This document shows positions 1 to 13,245 of a stretch of 64,000 bases of DNA, piece by piece. Origin of the DNA: Leucoraja ocellata (taxonomy: Eukaryota); assembly GCA_036785375.1 (NCBI GenBank), contig JAWMAR010000107.1, forward strand, positions 2,728,001-2,792,000, written 5' to 3'. How positions within the stretch are numbered: the first letter of the stretch is position 1; every line of letters starts with the position of its first letter. Made by a program: the position numbers and the translations under genes. Below the pieces are notes generated by a model. That model saw nothing but the letters and a program-made list of their open reading frames with translations, did no database searches and was not told where the DNA came from.

Positions 1-629
1 TAGTGTGTGGGTGAGAAGTAGAGAATAAAAATAGTAATAGTGAATGAGTGCTTGACTCAGTGGGCCAGAGGGCCTGTTTCCATGCTGTATGAGGTGGCAA
101 TGGATAGGTGGAAAAGTCTTCTAATCAGGAAAAGGTGAAGCAAGCACTGGAGGACTTTATCTGCAGCTGAGAACAGTAATCACTTTCAAATCCCACCATG
201 GGGTTTGAAAAACAAACAGTGTTGGGGTGGTAATGCAAAGAATGAACAAGTTAAACAGTTCCACTTGGAATAAAGCAACAAAGCCCAAAATATTCTCGCT
301 GTGTCCACAAAGAGACGATCTCCAGGGGCTGACTTTTAATGTTTAACTGTTTTGATAATTTTGGGTGGCACCCCTTTGCCATGCAAGAAGATTCAGCCCT
401 GAACCTGAACCAACTGTATTGCCTCACCCTGGTTAACTTTCCACCCACTACTTTTGGTTAAAGATTATTTTGTTGCAGTGGGAGCAAATTTAATTGTAAC
501 ATTTAAATTGAAAATTAGTAACTATGTGAAAAGTTGTGTTAATGATTGCTGGTCTGAGCTGTAGCTGCAACCGTTTGTCTTTCTCCAAGAGGCTGCATGA
601 TACCAGGATTCGCGTAAATTACTCTGCAA

Positions 630-1095
630 TATAGAGTCGTACAGTACAGAACCAGGCCCTTCAGCCCAACTTAACCATGCCGACCAAGATGTTCATCTAA
701 GCTAGTCCCATTTGCCCATGTTTCCACATCTCTCTCTCAAAATGTTGTATCTGTGTAATTGTCTACGTGTTTTTAAAATGTTGTTATGGTACCTGCCTCA
801 ACCACTTCCTCTGGCAGCGTGTTCCAGATATGTACCATTTCCAGGTTTCTATTGAATCTTTCCCCTCTCACCTCAAACCTATGGCCTCTAGATCTTTATT
901 CCCACTGGGGGAAAAGATTGTGCATTCACATTGTTTATGCCCCTCATGCTTTTCTACACCTCCACATGACCGCTCCTCGGCCTCCTGTGCTTCAAGGAAT
1001 AAGGTCCTAGCCTGCCCAACCTCTCCCAATAACTCAGTCCCTCAAGTGCTAGCAACATCCTCGTAAATCTTCTTTGTCCTCTTTCCAGCTTAATG
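630..1095 (-). mobile_element. CR1-type LINE 3' fragment
   Basis: Reverse-complement homology to 50483-50950. Confidence 0.8.
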
Positions 1096-1399
1096 CTTGG
1101 CTGGTCGGTGTGGACTCGGTGGGCTGAAGGGCTTGTTTCCGCACTGTATTTCTAAACTAAAGGTGTAGCCTATACCCCATGTTCTGCACCACAGCAGTCA
1201 CCCGAGCCATCTTCCACTTCATCTTGAGATCCAACATGCATTTTGTCCATGGGGGTGCCATTTAAAAACCTCCTGAGTGTGTGGCTGCATCGAGCTGTTC
1301 ATGGAGCTTGGGCGCACAAACACCATGTGTTTCTCTATGCTGAGGCTCTACCAGTCCCTGATATTGGAAAGGATGTGTCTGACCTTGATGCTGTGCAAC

Positions 1400-1845
1400 A
1401 TTCCATACAACGTGATCCCACCATCCAGTCACATCCTCCCCCTCTCTGCCTTTCCCATCTCTTCCCACTCCCTTCCCAGACACTTACCCCAACAATCATA
1501 GGAGATGTAATATGTTCTTATGCCAGCCACATCTCCCTTCCCCATCCCTTTCTGCTTTTCGCAAGGGCCTTTCTCTCCGTGGCTCCCTCCCCGCTTATAC
1601 CCCCCTCCTCTCCGACCTTAGACATTTTAGCACCCGTGTCTAGAACTCCTCCCTCACCTCCATCCAGTCACCTAAACTACCCTTCCAGGTGAGACGGAGG
1701 TACACCCTACACCTCCTCCAGCCTCACCAATTACATGCAGTGTTCTTGATGGGGCCTCTTGATGTGGCCTCTACACTGATGAGACCAAGCCCAGATGAGG
1801 CAATTGTCTTTCCGAGCAGCTGCTTTCTGCCACTGAGGCCATCCT
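1400..1845 (+). mobile_element. Old Penelope-like linker/GIY-YIG fragment
   Basis: Patchy similarity to 40570-40930 (CAACGTGATCCCACC, CAGGTGAGACGGAGGT, GAGACCAAGC). Confidence 0.6.
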
Positions 1846-2170
1846 GACCACAGATGCTGTCTGTATGGAGTTTGTACATTCTCCCTGTAACCTCATGGGC
1901 TTTCTCCAGGTGCTCCAGTTTCCTACCACACCCCAAAGACGTACAGGTTTGTTGGTTAATTAGCATCTATAAATTGTCCCTAGTGTGTTGGAGAGAACTA
2001 GTGTACAGGTGATCCTAGATCTGTGTAGGTAAATTGGCTCTGGCTTTGAGCAAAATTATAAATTGTCCCTCGTGTCCAGGATAGTGTTAATGTGTGTGGG
2101 GATCGCTGGTTAGCACGGTGGGCTGAAGGGCCTGTTTCCGCATTGTATCTCTAAACTAAACTAAACTAAT
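1840..2170 (+). mobile_element. SINE (HE1-like), 5'-truncated with internal duplication
   Basis: Core plus two TAAATTGTCCCT segments and a (TAAAC)n tail. Confidence 0.8.
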
Positions 2171-3944
2171 TAAGGGACTGAACCCTCGTATAATGGAATA
2201 GGAATTATTGTAATGGTGATATAATATAGAGCATGCGGGGGGAATAAAATGGCTTGCACGGCGAAAGGTGATGAATGAAGAGGGTACAGCTGCCACATTA
2301 GATGGCATGATTGCCCCATGAACCTCTCTCTAGCAGTACCAGTCACCCAGGCTGAATCCTGACCTCCTGATTCTAAATCCTAATTCTTACACTGTCGGCA
2401 TGGAGTTTGTACATTCTCCCTGTTACCACATAGATTTCCTCTGGTGATCTGGTTTCCCCTCACATCCCAAAGATATGTGGGTTGGTAGGTTTGTGAAACT
2501 GAAGATGCTGGAATCTAGAAAACAAACTACTGAATGAACTCAGCGGGTCAGGCTGCATCGGTGGAGGGAAATGGTCTAGTCAGACATTTCAGGTAGAGAT
2601 GCGTCCTTCAGACAGAGTCCCGAGGCAGGGCCCCTACCTGAAACATTGAGTGTCCATTTCCCCCCAGTGAAGCCGACCTGACCTAATCCAATGATGCCGC
2701 GTGGTTATTCCTCCATTGCCCATGTTCACACTGATCGGTCACCCAAGGGACCCTCTGGTAAGACTGTCCCAACCTCAGAAAGGGGTGAGGATGAGGAATG
2801 AGACAAGGAATAGAACAGCCACAGTGCCAGAGCTTGCGGTTTGAAACCGTGGCGCCTCGCATGAAAAATCAAAGCCACAATAAAAGAAGTTGCCTCAAAA
2901 ATAGGGAAGCCCAAAGTCTGAGATATTTTCGCTTCATGTACAGCCAATCGGGTTTCAGTTTATTTGCAGACTTTCCTGAACAAAAGGGCTCATGTCATGA
3001 GTCACATCGTTCATCTTGCTGATCTTATATAATGTTATGTTTTTGCATTGAAAAATCGGCATTCACCTTGCTATGCTATCTGCGGCCTCAAGGTGGAGCT
3101 CTTCGACAAGTTATGGTGAGGTTTGTGCAGTGGTTCAACCATGCATGTTGCCTAGATTCCCAAAATAGGTTGCAAATCGGCCTGTGATATCTATTACAGA
3201 ACTACTAAACCCCTGGGTGCCATTACAGGATACTGATAATAGGTCCATTACCATCAGGTCCTTTGTGCTGAGGCAATGATTATTGCAAAAAGCTTCACCC
3301 GGACACTGACAGAAGGGATTTGTAACAACAGTCCCCCGCTGCAATCTCATCATTGCTATTTTAATTTATTTCTCGTGGGGCTAAAAGAACCTTAAAAATG
3401 TGCATATATGAACACTGGCCAAACGTTTTGATTCAGTAAGATACAGATTTATTGGAAAGACTGTTTGTGTAGGGGTTTGTGAGATTTTATTGAGTAAAAA
3501 AAAAAGTGTTGGAGGAACTCTGCAGATCAGGTAGCATCTATGGAGGGAAATGGACAGTCATCGCTGCCTCACAGCGCCAGAGACCTTGGTTCTCTGTTTC
3601 CGCGCTGAATCTCTAAATTAAACTAAACTAAACTAAACTAATCAAGAGATGCAGCATGGAAATAGGCCCAACAGCCCAACTGGTTTTAGCAACAATTGAG
3701 GTTAACTGGCCACCTTACAAATCCTTCTGAAAATAGATGTGATGAGGAAATCCTCCTAGAATTATTTTTCAGGGGAACTGTTTTGTTATTGTTTTGTTTA
3801 CAAGGGCACATTGATGCATTGTTTTTCTGCAGTATTTAAAACAGTGCATCAAATGAGACAAGGAAATGGAACAAGAAGCAGAGCTCGATGAGCCACTGCT
3901 TCAAAGCTCTGGCAATCTTGGGTTCAGTCCTAATCTCAGGAACT

Positions 3945-4118
3945 AGACACAAAATGCTGGAGTTACTCAGCGGGACAGGCAGTATCTATGGAGTGAAGGA
4001 ATAGGTGATGTTTCGGGTCGAGATGCTTCTTCAGACTGAGATGCTGCCTGTCCCGCTGAGTTACTCCAACATTTTGTGTCTATCTTCAGTTTAAACCAGC
4101 ATCTGCAGTTCCTTCCAA
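3945..4118. mobile_element. Inverted pair of Penelope terminal modules
   Basis: AGACACAAAATGCTGGAG...GGCAGTATCT is mirrored by AGATGCTGCC...ATTTTGTGTCT. Confidence 0.75.
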
Positions 4119-4451
4119 CTAATCTCAGGAGTTCTCTTTGTGGGGGTTGCACAATCTGCCAAGTAACAAGTCTAAGAAGGGTAAAAACAACTAATCCCCA
4201 TTAAAGGTAGTAGCCGTTCCACCAATGTCACTGATGGGCACAGCAATGTGTCAGAGGTCAAACAATATGATACGCCCAATTCTGAAACATGAACTTTCAA
4301 ATTTCACTGTACCTTAATTGGTACATGTGACAATAAACTGACATTGAAACCTTGAACAGTTACGATGAGAAGAGCATGATCATGATAAAATGAGAGTACA
4401 CATATTACAAACTATCATCCCCTTTAACTTCCTGAACAAGACATTGTAAGT

Positions 4452-4752
4452 GAGTGGCACGGTGACACAGCAGTAGAGTAGCTGCCTCACAGCGCCAGAG
4501 ACCCGGCTTTGATCCTGACACTGGGTGCTGTCTGTATGGAGTTTGTACGTTCTCCCCGTGACCATGTGGGTTTTCTCCTGGTTCTCTGGTTTCCTCCCAC
4601 ACTCCAAAGACGTACAGGTTTGTAGGTTAATTGAACTTTGGTAAAAATTGTAAGTTGACCCTAGTGTGTATGATAGTGCTAGTGTACAGGGACTGCAGGC
4701 TGGAGTGGACTCGGTGGGCCGAAGGATCTGTTTTCATGCTGTCTCTCTGAAC
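4452..4752 (+). mobile_element. tRNA-derived SINE (HE1/V-SINE-like)
   Basis: A/B-box-like head, core GGAGTTTGTACGTTCTCCCCGTG...GGTTTCCTCCCACACTCCAAAGAC, CR1-like 3' end. Confidence 0.85.
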
Positions 4753-4754
4753 TT

Positions 4755-5095
4755 TGAAGATTGTTCCCGATGTTGGGGAAGTCCAGGACAAGGGGTCACA
4801 GCTTAAGGATAAGGGGGAAATCCTTTAAAACCGAGATGAGGAGAACTTTTTTCACACAGAGAGTGGTGAATCTCTGGAACTCTCTGCCACAGAGGGTAGT
4901 TGAGGCCAGTTAATTGGCTATATTTAAGAGGGAGTTAGATGTGGCCCTTGTGGCCAAGGGGATCAGAGGGTATGGAGAGAAGGCAGGTACGGGATACTGA
5001 GTTGGATGATCAGCCATGATCATATTAAATGGCGGTGCAGGCTTGAAGGGCCGAATGGCCTACTCCTGCACCTAATTTCTATGTTTCTATGTTTA
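4755..5095 (+). mobile_element. CR1-type LINE 3' end
   Basis: TTTTTCACACAGAGAGTGGTGAATCTCTGGAA (FFTQRVVNLWN) and a (CTATGTTT)n tail. Confidence 0.85.
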
Positions 5096-5599
5096 ACTAG
5101 ATAGATATGCCATTTATTGTCACTATACATGTACAGAGCTATACAGATATTGTCACTATACATGTACACTATACATGCAACTAAACTGAAGTGCAACATC
5201 AAACCCATCTTTGTTATCATACATTTGTTGCCCTCTCAGTTATCACACATTTCGTCTCTACGTGAATCTGTTGAAATTAGGACAGAATTGCATGTAATCT
5301 AAAAGTGAGCGCTGCGTTTTTCCAAACCAGGGTCTGATGAATGCATTCTATGCGCTCCAATCAGCAATAGTCCCCCAGGTAAACGGGTGCACCTGCAGAG
5401 CATTGTCACTGGGGAGTTGATGCAACAACATGTCGTGACAGCCAGGAGGTAAACCTGCGCCTCGTGCATGCTTCAGTGGTGGAATATTCCCAGCAGTTCC
5501 ATCGTTAGTCTGCAGACAGGAATCACCGCAATGCCAAACAAGGATGTTACGGATCATGAGACTGTAAGTAATGTGTCATAGATGAGATAGCATGGCATA

Positions 5600-5883
5600 C
5601 TTTGTTTCGTTTCGAGATACAGCGCGGAAACAGGCCCTTCGGCCCGCTGAGTCCGTGACGGCCACACCCCCGCACATTAACACTATCCTACACACATTAA
5701 GGACAATTATACCAAGCCAAGTAGTCTCCTGTCTTTGGAGTGTGGGAGGAAACTGGAGGTTCCAGAGAAAACCCACGCAAGTCACGGGGAGAACGTACAA
5801 ACTCTGTACCCATAGTCAGGATCGAACCCGGGTCTCTGGCGCTGTAAGGCAGCAATTCTACCACTACGCCACCATGCCGCCCT
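5600..5883 (-). mobile_element. tRNA-derived SINE (HE1/V-SINE-like)
   Basis: Reverse complement of the same consensus, with B box GGTTCGATCC. Confidence 0.85.
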
Positions 5884-5884
5884 A

Positions 5885-6772
5885 CATTAGTATGTTCACA
5901 GATGACACAAGTTTGCAACGAGTGATATTGTTGACAGTCAAGATTGTTATTAAGAATCACAGCAGGATCTTGATATGCTAGGCAAGTGAGCCAAGGAATG
6001 CCAAATGGAGTTTAATTCTGATATGTGAGATATTGCATTTTGGGTAAAACCAAGGCAGGACCTTCACAGTGAATAAATGGTAGGGTGCGAGGGACTACTA
6101 GAGGGATCCAGCAGCACAAGAATATACTTCCATCAATGTGGTGTCACAAGTAGATAGGGAGGTGATGAAGGCTTTTGGCACGTTGACCTTCATCGGCCAG
6201 GGGAATGAATATAGACGTTGGGACATCGTGTTACAGTTGTACAAGACACTGGTGAAGCCGCATTTCAGTTCAGTTTTGGTCAGCCTGCTATTGGAATGAT
6301 GCCATTAAGCTGGAAAGAGTGCAGAGATGTATGAAGAAGTTGCCAGGACTCAAAGGGTCTGAGCGATAGGGGAAAGTTATGGAGCAAGCTATGATTTTAT
6401 TCCTTGGAATGCAAGAGGCTGAGAAGTCAGTTTATAGAGATGTATATAACCATTGGTGGAATAGATAGGGTGAATGCACAGAAGCTTTTATCCAGGGTAG
6501 GGGAATCAAAATGAGGGGGCAAAGATTTAAGGTGAGAGAGAAAGATTTAAAGGGAACCGAAGGGAAAGATTTAATAACATTTTCACACAGAAAGTGATGG
6601 GTATATGGAGTGAGCTGCCACAGGAAGCAATGAGGCAGATACCATAACAACATTTGAAACATGGATAGGAAAGGTTTATTGAAATAAGGGCAAAACGCAA
6701 GCAAATAGGTAGGGAATCTTGGTCATGTTTGTTGGGGACCCTGTTTCCATGCTGTACGATTCTGTGACTCTA
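5885..6772 (+). mobile_element. CR1-type LINE RT/3' fragment, decayed
   Basis: From a FADDT-like (FTDDT) segment through WQMEFN-like sequence to the 3' UTR. Confidence 0.8.
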
Positions 6773-7640
6773 AATAACTCCTCTCCAATTCCACCACTCT
6801 CTTACACGAGGGGGGGTTTACAGTGGCCAGTTAACCAGTCATCATGTTTTTAGGGTCTGGGAGGAAACCGGAGCAGCTGGAGGAATCCCAAATGTCGCAG
6901 GGAGAACGTGCAAACTCCATTCAGACAGCGCCGGAGCTGTGGATCAAACCCGGGTGCTCGGTACGGTAAGGCAGCAACTCCTGTTGCTCCACCATGACAC
7001 CAGCTGATTAACAACAGCTGATGGACCCGTAGTCTAAATAAGTAGAAATGGTTCCTGAGAGCAGAGGAATGGACTGAAAGGACAACATCGATTGCATCCG
7101 AGCAGGGGTCAGGAATATTTCACCTCTAAAGTAGCTTGGTGTTATTTCCTCTTCACTCCAACTCAGGAAATGTATGATAACAGAGAGGGAAGCGGATGGG
7201 TTTAATGTTGCACTTGGATCATGTTGTTATTAGAAGTTGAAAGACAAAATAATGGAGTTGTTGAGAAGGGTGAAGGGGTTGCAAGGATTGGATGGGAAGG
7301 GATTAGCATGAGAGTTGGTTGCCAGAAGATATAGAGATTTTTGTTAGTGGAGAATGTGGATAGAGATGGCTTTGGAGGGGATACAGAGGAATTATATCAG
7401 AATGATCCCCAGGTTGAGGGACCTGTTGAGTTGAGTTGAAGATTTCAGAAGCTGCCGTTGTTCTTCTTGGATCTGACCAAGGCTCCCCCTTGGGGCTGTG
7501 AGGACATGTGGGAGATACCAAAAATCATGAAGACTATAGATGACAAAATCATTCCCATTAGTGGAAGGATTAAAAATCGGCGTGTAGAATGTTGGTGATA
7601 AAACCAGAAAAAAAGCATCACAAAACAGGTGAAGCAACTA

Positions 7641-7737
7641 GGTTACACAAAAAAGCTGGAGAAACTCAGCGGGTGCAGCAGCATCTATGGAGCGAAGGAA
7701 ATAGGCAACGTTTCGGGCCGAAACCCTTCTTCAGACT
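7641..7737 (-). mobile_element. 97-bp Penelope-terminus mini-insertion with hammerhead-like motif
   Basis: 13-bp TSD GGTGAAGCAACTA (7628-7640, 7738-7750). Minus strand starts AGT-CTGAAGA-A-GGGT-TTCG-GCCC-GAAACGTT. Confidence 0.85.
7704..7737 (-). ncRNA. Putative minimal type I hammerhead ribozyme motif
   Basis: CUGAAGA core, extra A, helix II GGGU/GCCC with UUCG loop, GAAA, palindromic AACGUU helix III, GUU triplet. Helix I is only ~2 bp. Confidence 0.55.
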
Positions 7738-9202
7738 GGTGAAGCAACTAATCTCTTTCCTCTGTGATCCTCAATTTCTCCTTCTCAGCATAAGCATTTT
7801 CTCCCTCCACGGTAAATTTTCCATTGGGAAAGGCGAAATTGAAAAGATATTTGAAATAGATTTGAAAGCTTCATTTGAATGGAAACTGAATAAATCGATT
7901 AAAGTTAAATAATTCCAGAACTGAGGGGAAAGGGCATCAGTGTCCTTGCGCAATGGTTCCCCCGCATTTCAATATTCCATCTGCTGAATTCTCCACAGTT
8001 TTGCTTATTAATATGTACGAAAATAATCGTGCAACCCCTTCCGTACAGTGCTCTTGCATTGTAAGCTGATGCATTCAGCCAGTTAGATTAGTTTAGTTTA
8101 AGATTAGATTAGATTAGGTTCCTTTATTGTCATTCAGACCTTTCGGTCTGAACGAAATTTTATTTCCCTGCAGTCATACATATAATAAAAAATGACAAAA
8201 ACACACAATCAACACAAATTTAACACCCACCATAGTGAGTTCACCAAACACTCCTCACTGTGGTGGAAGGCAAAATCTTAAAGTCTCTGTCTCTTCCCTC
8301 TTTGTTCTCCCTCTGCGCCGAGGCGATCCAGGCTCCAGATGTTGTGACCCCACCGGGTGATGGTAAATCCCGCGGCTCAACTGTGCTCCGCGAACGGGCC
8401 GGTTCAAACTCCGCGGGTGGTCGCTGCCGCCGCCGCAGCTCCGAGGTCGAGTCGGGTTAATTTAGTTTAGTTTAGTTTAGTTTAGTTTAGTTTTGAGATA
8501 CAGCAAGAAAATAGGGCCTTCAGTCCATTGAGTCCACTTGGTTGATGTCGACGAGTTGGGCTGAGGGACCTATTTTTGTGTTATATGACTCTATATCTGC
8601 ACTACATTGTCTTTTACATTAAATGCTCTCCATCACAAGTGCCCTAAATATTGACAAAATAACAGGAGTTTCCTGTTGAGGACTAAATGTTAGAATTAAA
8701 TTGGTGATGTCATATTTTCGTATGAATTGAAAGGAGACCATTTAGCCCAGTGTGTCTGTTCCACCGCTCAGAGTGTTTTCACAAACCCTCTCCTCCATTT
8801 TCATTGTAACCTATTCTCCTTCACATGCACAACAATTTCCCCCAGATTTATTAACCACCAAAGCAATTTAGAGCGACCTTCCAACCCGCCGGCTTTGGGA
8901 TGTGGGAGGAAACCAGAGCACCTGAGGGAAATCCACAGGAAGAACGTGCAACCTCCACACAAACAGCAGCAGGCTTCAGGGTGGAACTTGGTTTTGCAGA
9001 GATGGGTGGCAGCAGCTCTATCAGATGCATGTGTTTTGTGAGTTTTCCATTGATCTGTGTATAAATGTTTCTCTTTAATCTGCGGTAGTTCAACAAACTA
9101 CAGCTGATGATGGAAATGTGTGCAGGTGTCCATGTTCCTGTTTGTTCTTCAAATAATTCCTGATTCTTTTTTATTCCTTTTGAAAGAGAAGGATAACGGA
9201 GA

Positions 9203-9330
9203 CTGAAGAAGGGCCTTGACCCGAAATGTTACCTATCCATGTTCTCCAGAGGTGCTGCCTGACCTGCTGATTTCCTCCAGCATTTTGTGTCATTTTGTGT
9301 ATCGACCAGCATTTGTAGTTCTTTGTTTCT
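9203..9330 (+). mobile_element. Penelope terminal module
   Basis: CTGAAGAAGGGCCTTGACCCGAAATGTTACC...TCTCCAGAGGTGCTGCCTGACC. Confidence 0.7.
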
Positions 9331-10789
9331 GTGGAAGAAAGATGAGACTTTGTGGCCCTGTCATGTAAATGAGGGTTGAGTATCAGGCAGTGTAGACCTC
9401 TCCTGACTAAGTCCATGTTGCACTCCAGAAATCTGACAGTGTGATCCCAGATGATATCTCAGTACAGGACCAGGGGAAGGATCGCTGTTGTATTTCAGAC
9501 AAGGCAGCAGAATCCTGCCTCTAACAGTTCCTTAGGTACTTTTGGAAAAAGAACTGGGTCGGTGGGAGTGGGGCTGTCCTGATCAATTTTCATCCTTTAA
9601 CCAACATTCCCTGCAGCAAAATTGATTATTCGGGTCTTTTTTTCATTCAATTGTACTCCCGGAGCCAGTATTTATCGTCTTTGCCAAGCTGTAGATAATC
9701 CAATCCTTCAACGGGGTGAAGATCATCACTCACACACAGACTGTCCATATGTCATGAACACCTGACCTATGGACACCCCCACATACATACCAGTTCCCAC
9801 AACAATGTTAAATTCAAAAATCCGACAATTATACAAATGTTCGATCCTACAAGTGCCAGATCTAGTCTCCTTTCTCTCTCTCCCCACTTTTAGTAATTGT
9901 TCATTCTTTCCCGGTTTTGTGTACTTCTGATGCCATTCCTTACAATTACAATGCCATGGATGTATGGTCACCATATCCAGGTGTTTCGGTGCACTTTCCA
10001 ACGAATGGACTAAATGGACGTGGACATCTGTAAGATATTTGTTTGTTACCCAGCATAAGCATAACACTAATATACAGGAGCCGGAGAAGGCTTATATTCA
10101 TGCTGTGTGCCAGTCGATGCTGCCAGAGGAAGTGAATCAAACAGGTTGTAGATCAGCGTCTAGAGTGGTGGTGGTTGGATCTGAAGATTGTTGTGAGTGG
10201 CTTGGCCGTCCATTTCAGTTGTTAAATTAGGTGGAATTTATGCATTCACATTTCCAGTATTTTAGTCAAAGTCTCTGACAGACAGTCCAGTGCGATGACC
10301 CCTTGTCATCTGTACAGAAACATTAAAAAACAAACCTGCAGATGCTGAAGATCTGAAATAAAATCAGGAAACGCTCAACAAATTAGGCAGCATCTGTCGG
10401 AAGAGAAACAAAGCTAACATTTCAGCTTGGAGATCTTTCATCAGAATGAGGAAAGAGAGATAAGCATGGTCAAGATGGCAGAGGGGATGGATAGGACAAA
10501 GGGAAAATTTGCGATACCGTGAGGGCTGGTTAAACAACTTGGCTACCTGTTGCCTGTGGAAGTTTACTGCCTGCTATTTGGCTCCTGTGTTTCCTTCCTT
10601 ACCATGGTAACCAGGGTTCAGCTCTGCTTCACCAGCAGTGAGGCAGCCTTGAACTCTGCAGCTAAACCCCTGGTCATTCATTGTTTATTGTGAATAGAAC
10701 AGGCCCAACGATAACATGCAGTTTGCAATTGCAACTGCGAACAAGGGCATGGTGGCAGGTAGTATCTCATGTCCTGCAATATTGATCCA

Positions 10790-10990
10790 TGGGTTCAAAT
10801 CCCATTGTGGCAGCTGGAAAGTTTAAGTTCAACCTGGTAAATACATTTAGAATTGAAAAGCTGCCACTGCTAATGGTGGCCATGAACCCACCAGATTGTT
10901 ATTAAAAAGCCTGTCTCTTTCACTCAGACCCATCAGTAATGGAAATTTACCACCTTTACCCAAAGTAGCTACAATTAACCTGAGACTCCT
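10790..10990 (+). mobile_element. Ancient DeuSINE-like (SacSINE1/AmnSINE-type) relic
   Basis: GGGTTCAAATCCCATTGTGGCAGCTGG ... TAATGGTGGCCATGAA ... GGAAATTTACCACCTTTACC resembles the Deu-domain SINE consensus as recalled, not searched. Confidence 0.5.
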
Positions 10991-12942
10991 CTTCTGAAAC
11001 AGGAACATGGAATCATATGGCACCGATACAGGCCCTTTGGCCCACTACATCCACGTTACCCCTTGGACCTATCTACACTAATCCCTTTAGCCTACATTAG
11101 AAACGTCTGAGTAAGCCACTGAACTCAGAGGGCAACTAATGAAAGCCAGTGAGTGATGATCTGGAGTCGATAAATGCAGTGAACAGGACTGAAGATCTAA
11201 GATGGGTGGAGGAAAGATGTGGGGTTGGGGGGGAGGGGGAGGGTGGGTGAAGGAAAATGCACTGGCTGCTTTCCACCCATCAGAAGGAAGGAAGGATTTA
11301 AAGAGAGTGGTTGGAACATCGCAGACTATTTCCCCTCTAGACACAGCCTAAGTACAGTAAGCGTTCGTGGTGCTTGAAGTACGTTTCCTCTGGGGATAGA
11401 GGAGCGAGGAGCACTTCTGGCAACATGCCCATTTTCCACCGTATAAACGTCAGTCTTATTCACTCTTGTTGGTTTCTGGATGAAACTTAAAGCTGTAAAT
11501 TCACAGCGGAGGGCAGTCAGGAATATCTGTTTTACAGTTACAACTCGTCATAACATCATCAAACTCAAATTTCACTGTATCGTAGTTGGTTAAGTGACAA
11601 TAAACTTGAACTTGAACTTGAAATTCGGCAAAAAAACCTACCTCCTGGCATGTTCCGGGTCTGCACTTTCCTACAAAGGGGAACTGTCATCATAAAGATC
11701 ATGTGGGCAAACATTATGGAGGAATGGAGTTGAGTGGAACGATAGATCATTTACTCCTGGTTCACCCAAATGAGGTATAGCTTCGCATTTAATGTGGTTT
11801 CCATTGGTGCGGACTCGGCGTTGTGAACCATCCAGTGTTTTGTTTAACTCTTTTATTGCAATCCATGAAACAAGCTTTCTCAGGGAAAAAAAGCTTTCAC
11901 AGCTCTTTTTCCCAAAGAAGTCTCAAACTTTCTAAGGACTGCACATTGTTAGCAGGCGAGTAGTGATATCCTGTATTCATTTCAGTCAATTCCGAACAGC
12001 ACTTTCAAATTCCCCATCACCCACCCTATAGTCACAGCGCAGTATGGCCTTACTTAAATTAAAATTGCTTGTTTGGAGCTTGTGCTTATTCTGCAAGGTG
12101 GAGGTAGATCAGAGTTCAGTGCTGTATGGAGAGGAGCGTGTGGGAGCCGATGAAGGGGCCAGGTGAAACTGGATGGATGCACTGACTCATACACAGTCTA
12201 TTTATAGGCCTTCCTGAGGCCTGTGCCCTGGCTCTGATTAGACAGCGTGGAGTTTCCTCTCGTCTGTGTCACGTAATGAGCATGAGAATTTTTGTTTCTG
12301 CCTTTTCACAGTGTGCATTGAAATTACTAAATGCTAACATTGTGCGCAGCTTTCAACACCAGATAACAACAATACATTCAAGCTTTTTTTTAAATTCCTT
12401 ATTTGGATTTTTTTTTTCCATGCCCCCTGTATCATGATAATTAATAAGGACAATGCAATCACCTCATGGGATATCCTTGCATCACACAATGCTCCATATG
12501 AAGTATCTGCAAGGGATTCTCATGCTTCTTCTTCTTGCATTTGAGGCAGCAGAAGTTTGCAGCAGGGTGATGCCATCCGGTTCGACATCCGTAGGTGCCC
12601 GCCCTAAAAAGGGCGCATGCTCCGGGTTGGCGCCAAGCTGCGGTGCTGCTGCTGTCTCTGTTTGCCTGACTGAGGTCAGTTGACAGGGCTCACCACAGGG
12701 AGGTCGACAACATGAGCACCATTCTCATGCTAACTCTCTTTCAATGACTGTTGGGACATGGTTGAGCATGGAGGGCAATGTGTTGATAACTCTGAACCGT
12801 CCTCTCCTCTCTGGAAGTGCATCCAGCCCGGAGATAGAATGGAACTGATCCTTGTCCGCTGCTCTAGTGTTACAGGTTGTTTCCCCGCACACATGAAACT
12901 CAAGACTCTCCAGGTGCGTCCTTTCTGCGAACATGATACATG

Positions 12943-13245
12943 TGGGCCGATGCAGCGGTAGAGTCGCTGCCTTACACCCAGTGCCAGAGACCCAGCTTCA
13001 TCCCTGACTACTCGTGCTTGTCTGTACGGATTGGTATGTTCTTCTCGTGACCTGCCTGGGTTTTCTCCAGGATCTCCAGTTTACTCGCACACTCTAAAGA
13101 CGTATAATTTTGTAGGTTAATTGGCTTGTTATAATTGTAAAATGTCCCCAGTGTGTGTAGGATAGCATTAATATGCAGGGATCATTGGTTAGCGTGGACT
13201 TGGTGGGCCGAAGGACCTGTGTTCTGCGCTGTGTCCATAAACTAG
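12943..13245 (+). mobile_element. SINE (HE1-like)
   Basis: Consensus head, core and tail. Confidence 0.8.

Noticed and set aside
12290-12395. Strong splice-acceptor-like TTTTCACAG
   Set aside because: No downstream donor and no recognisable peptide.
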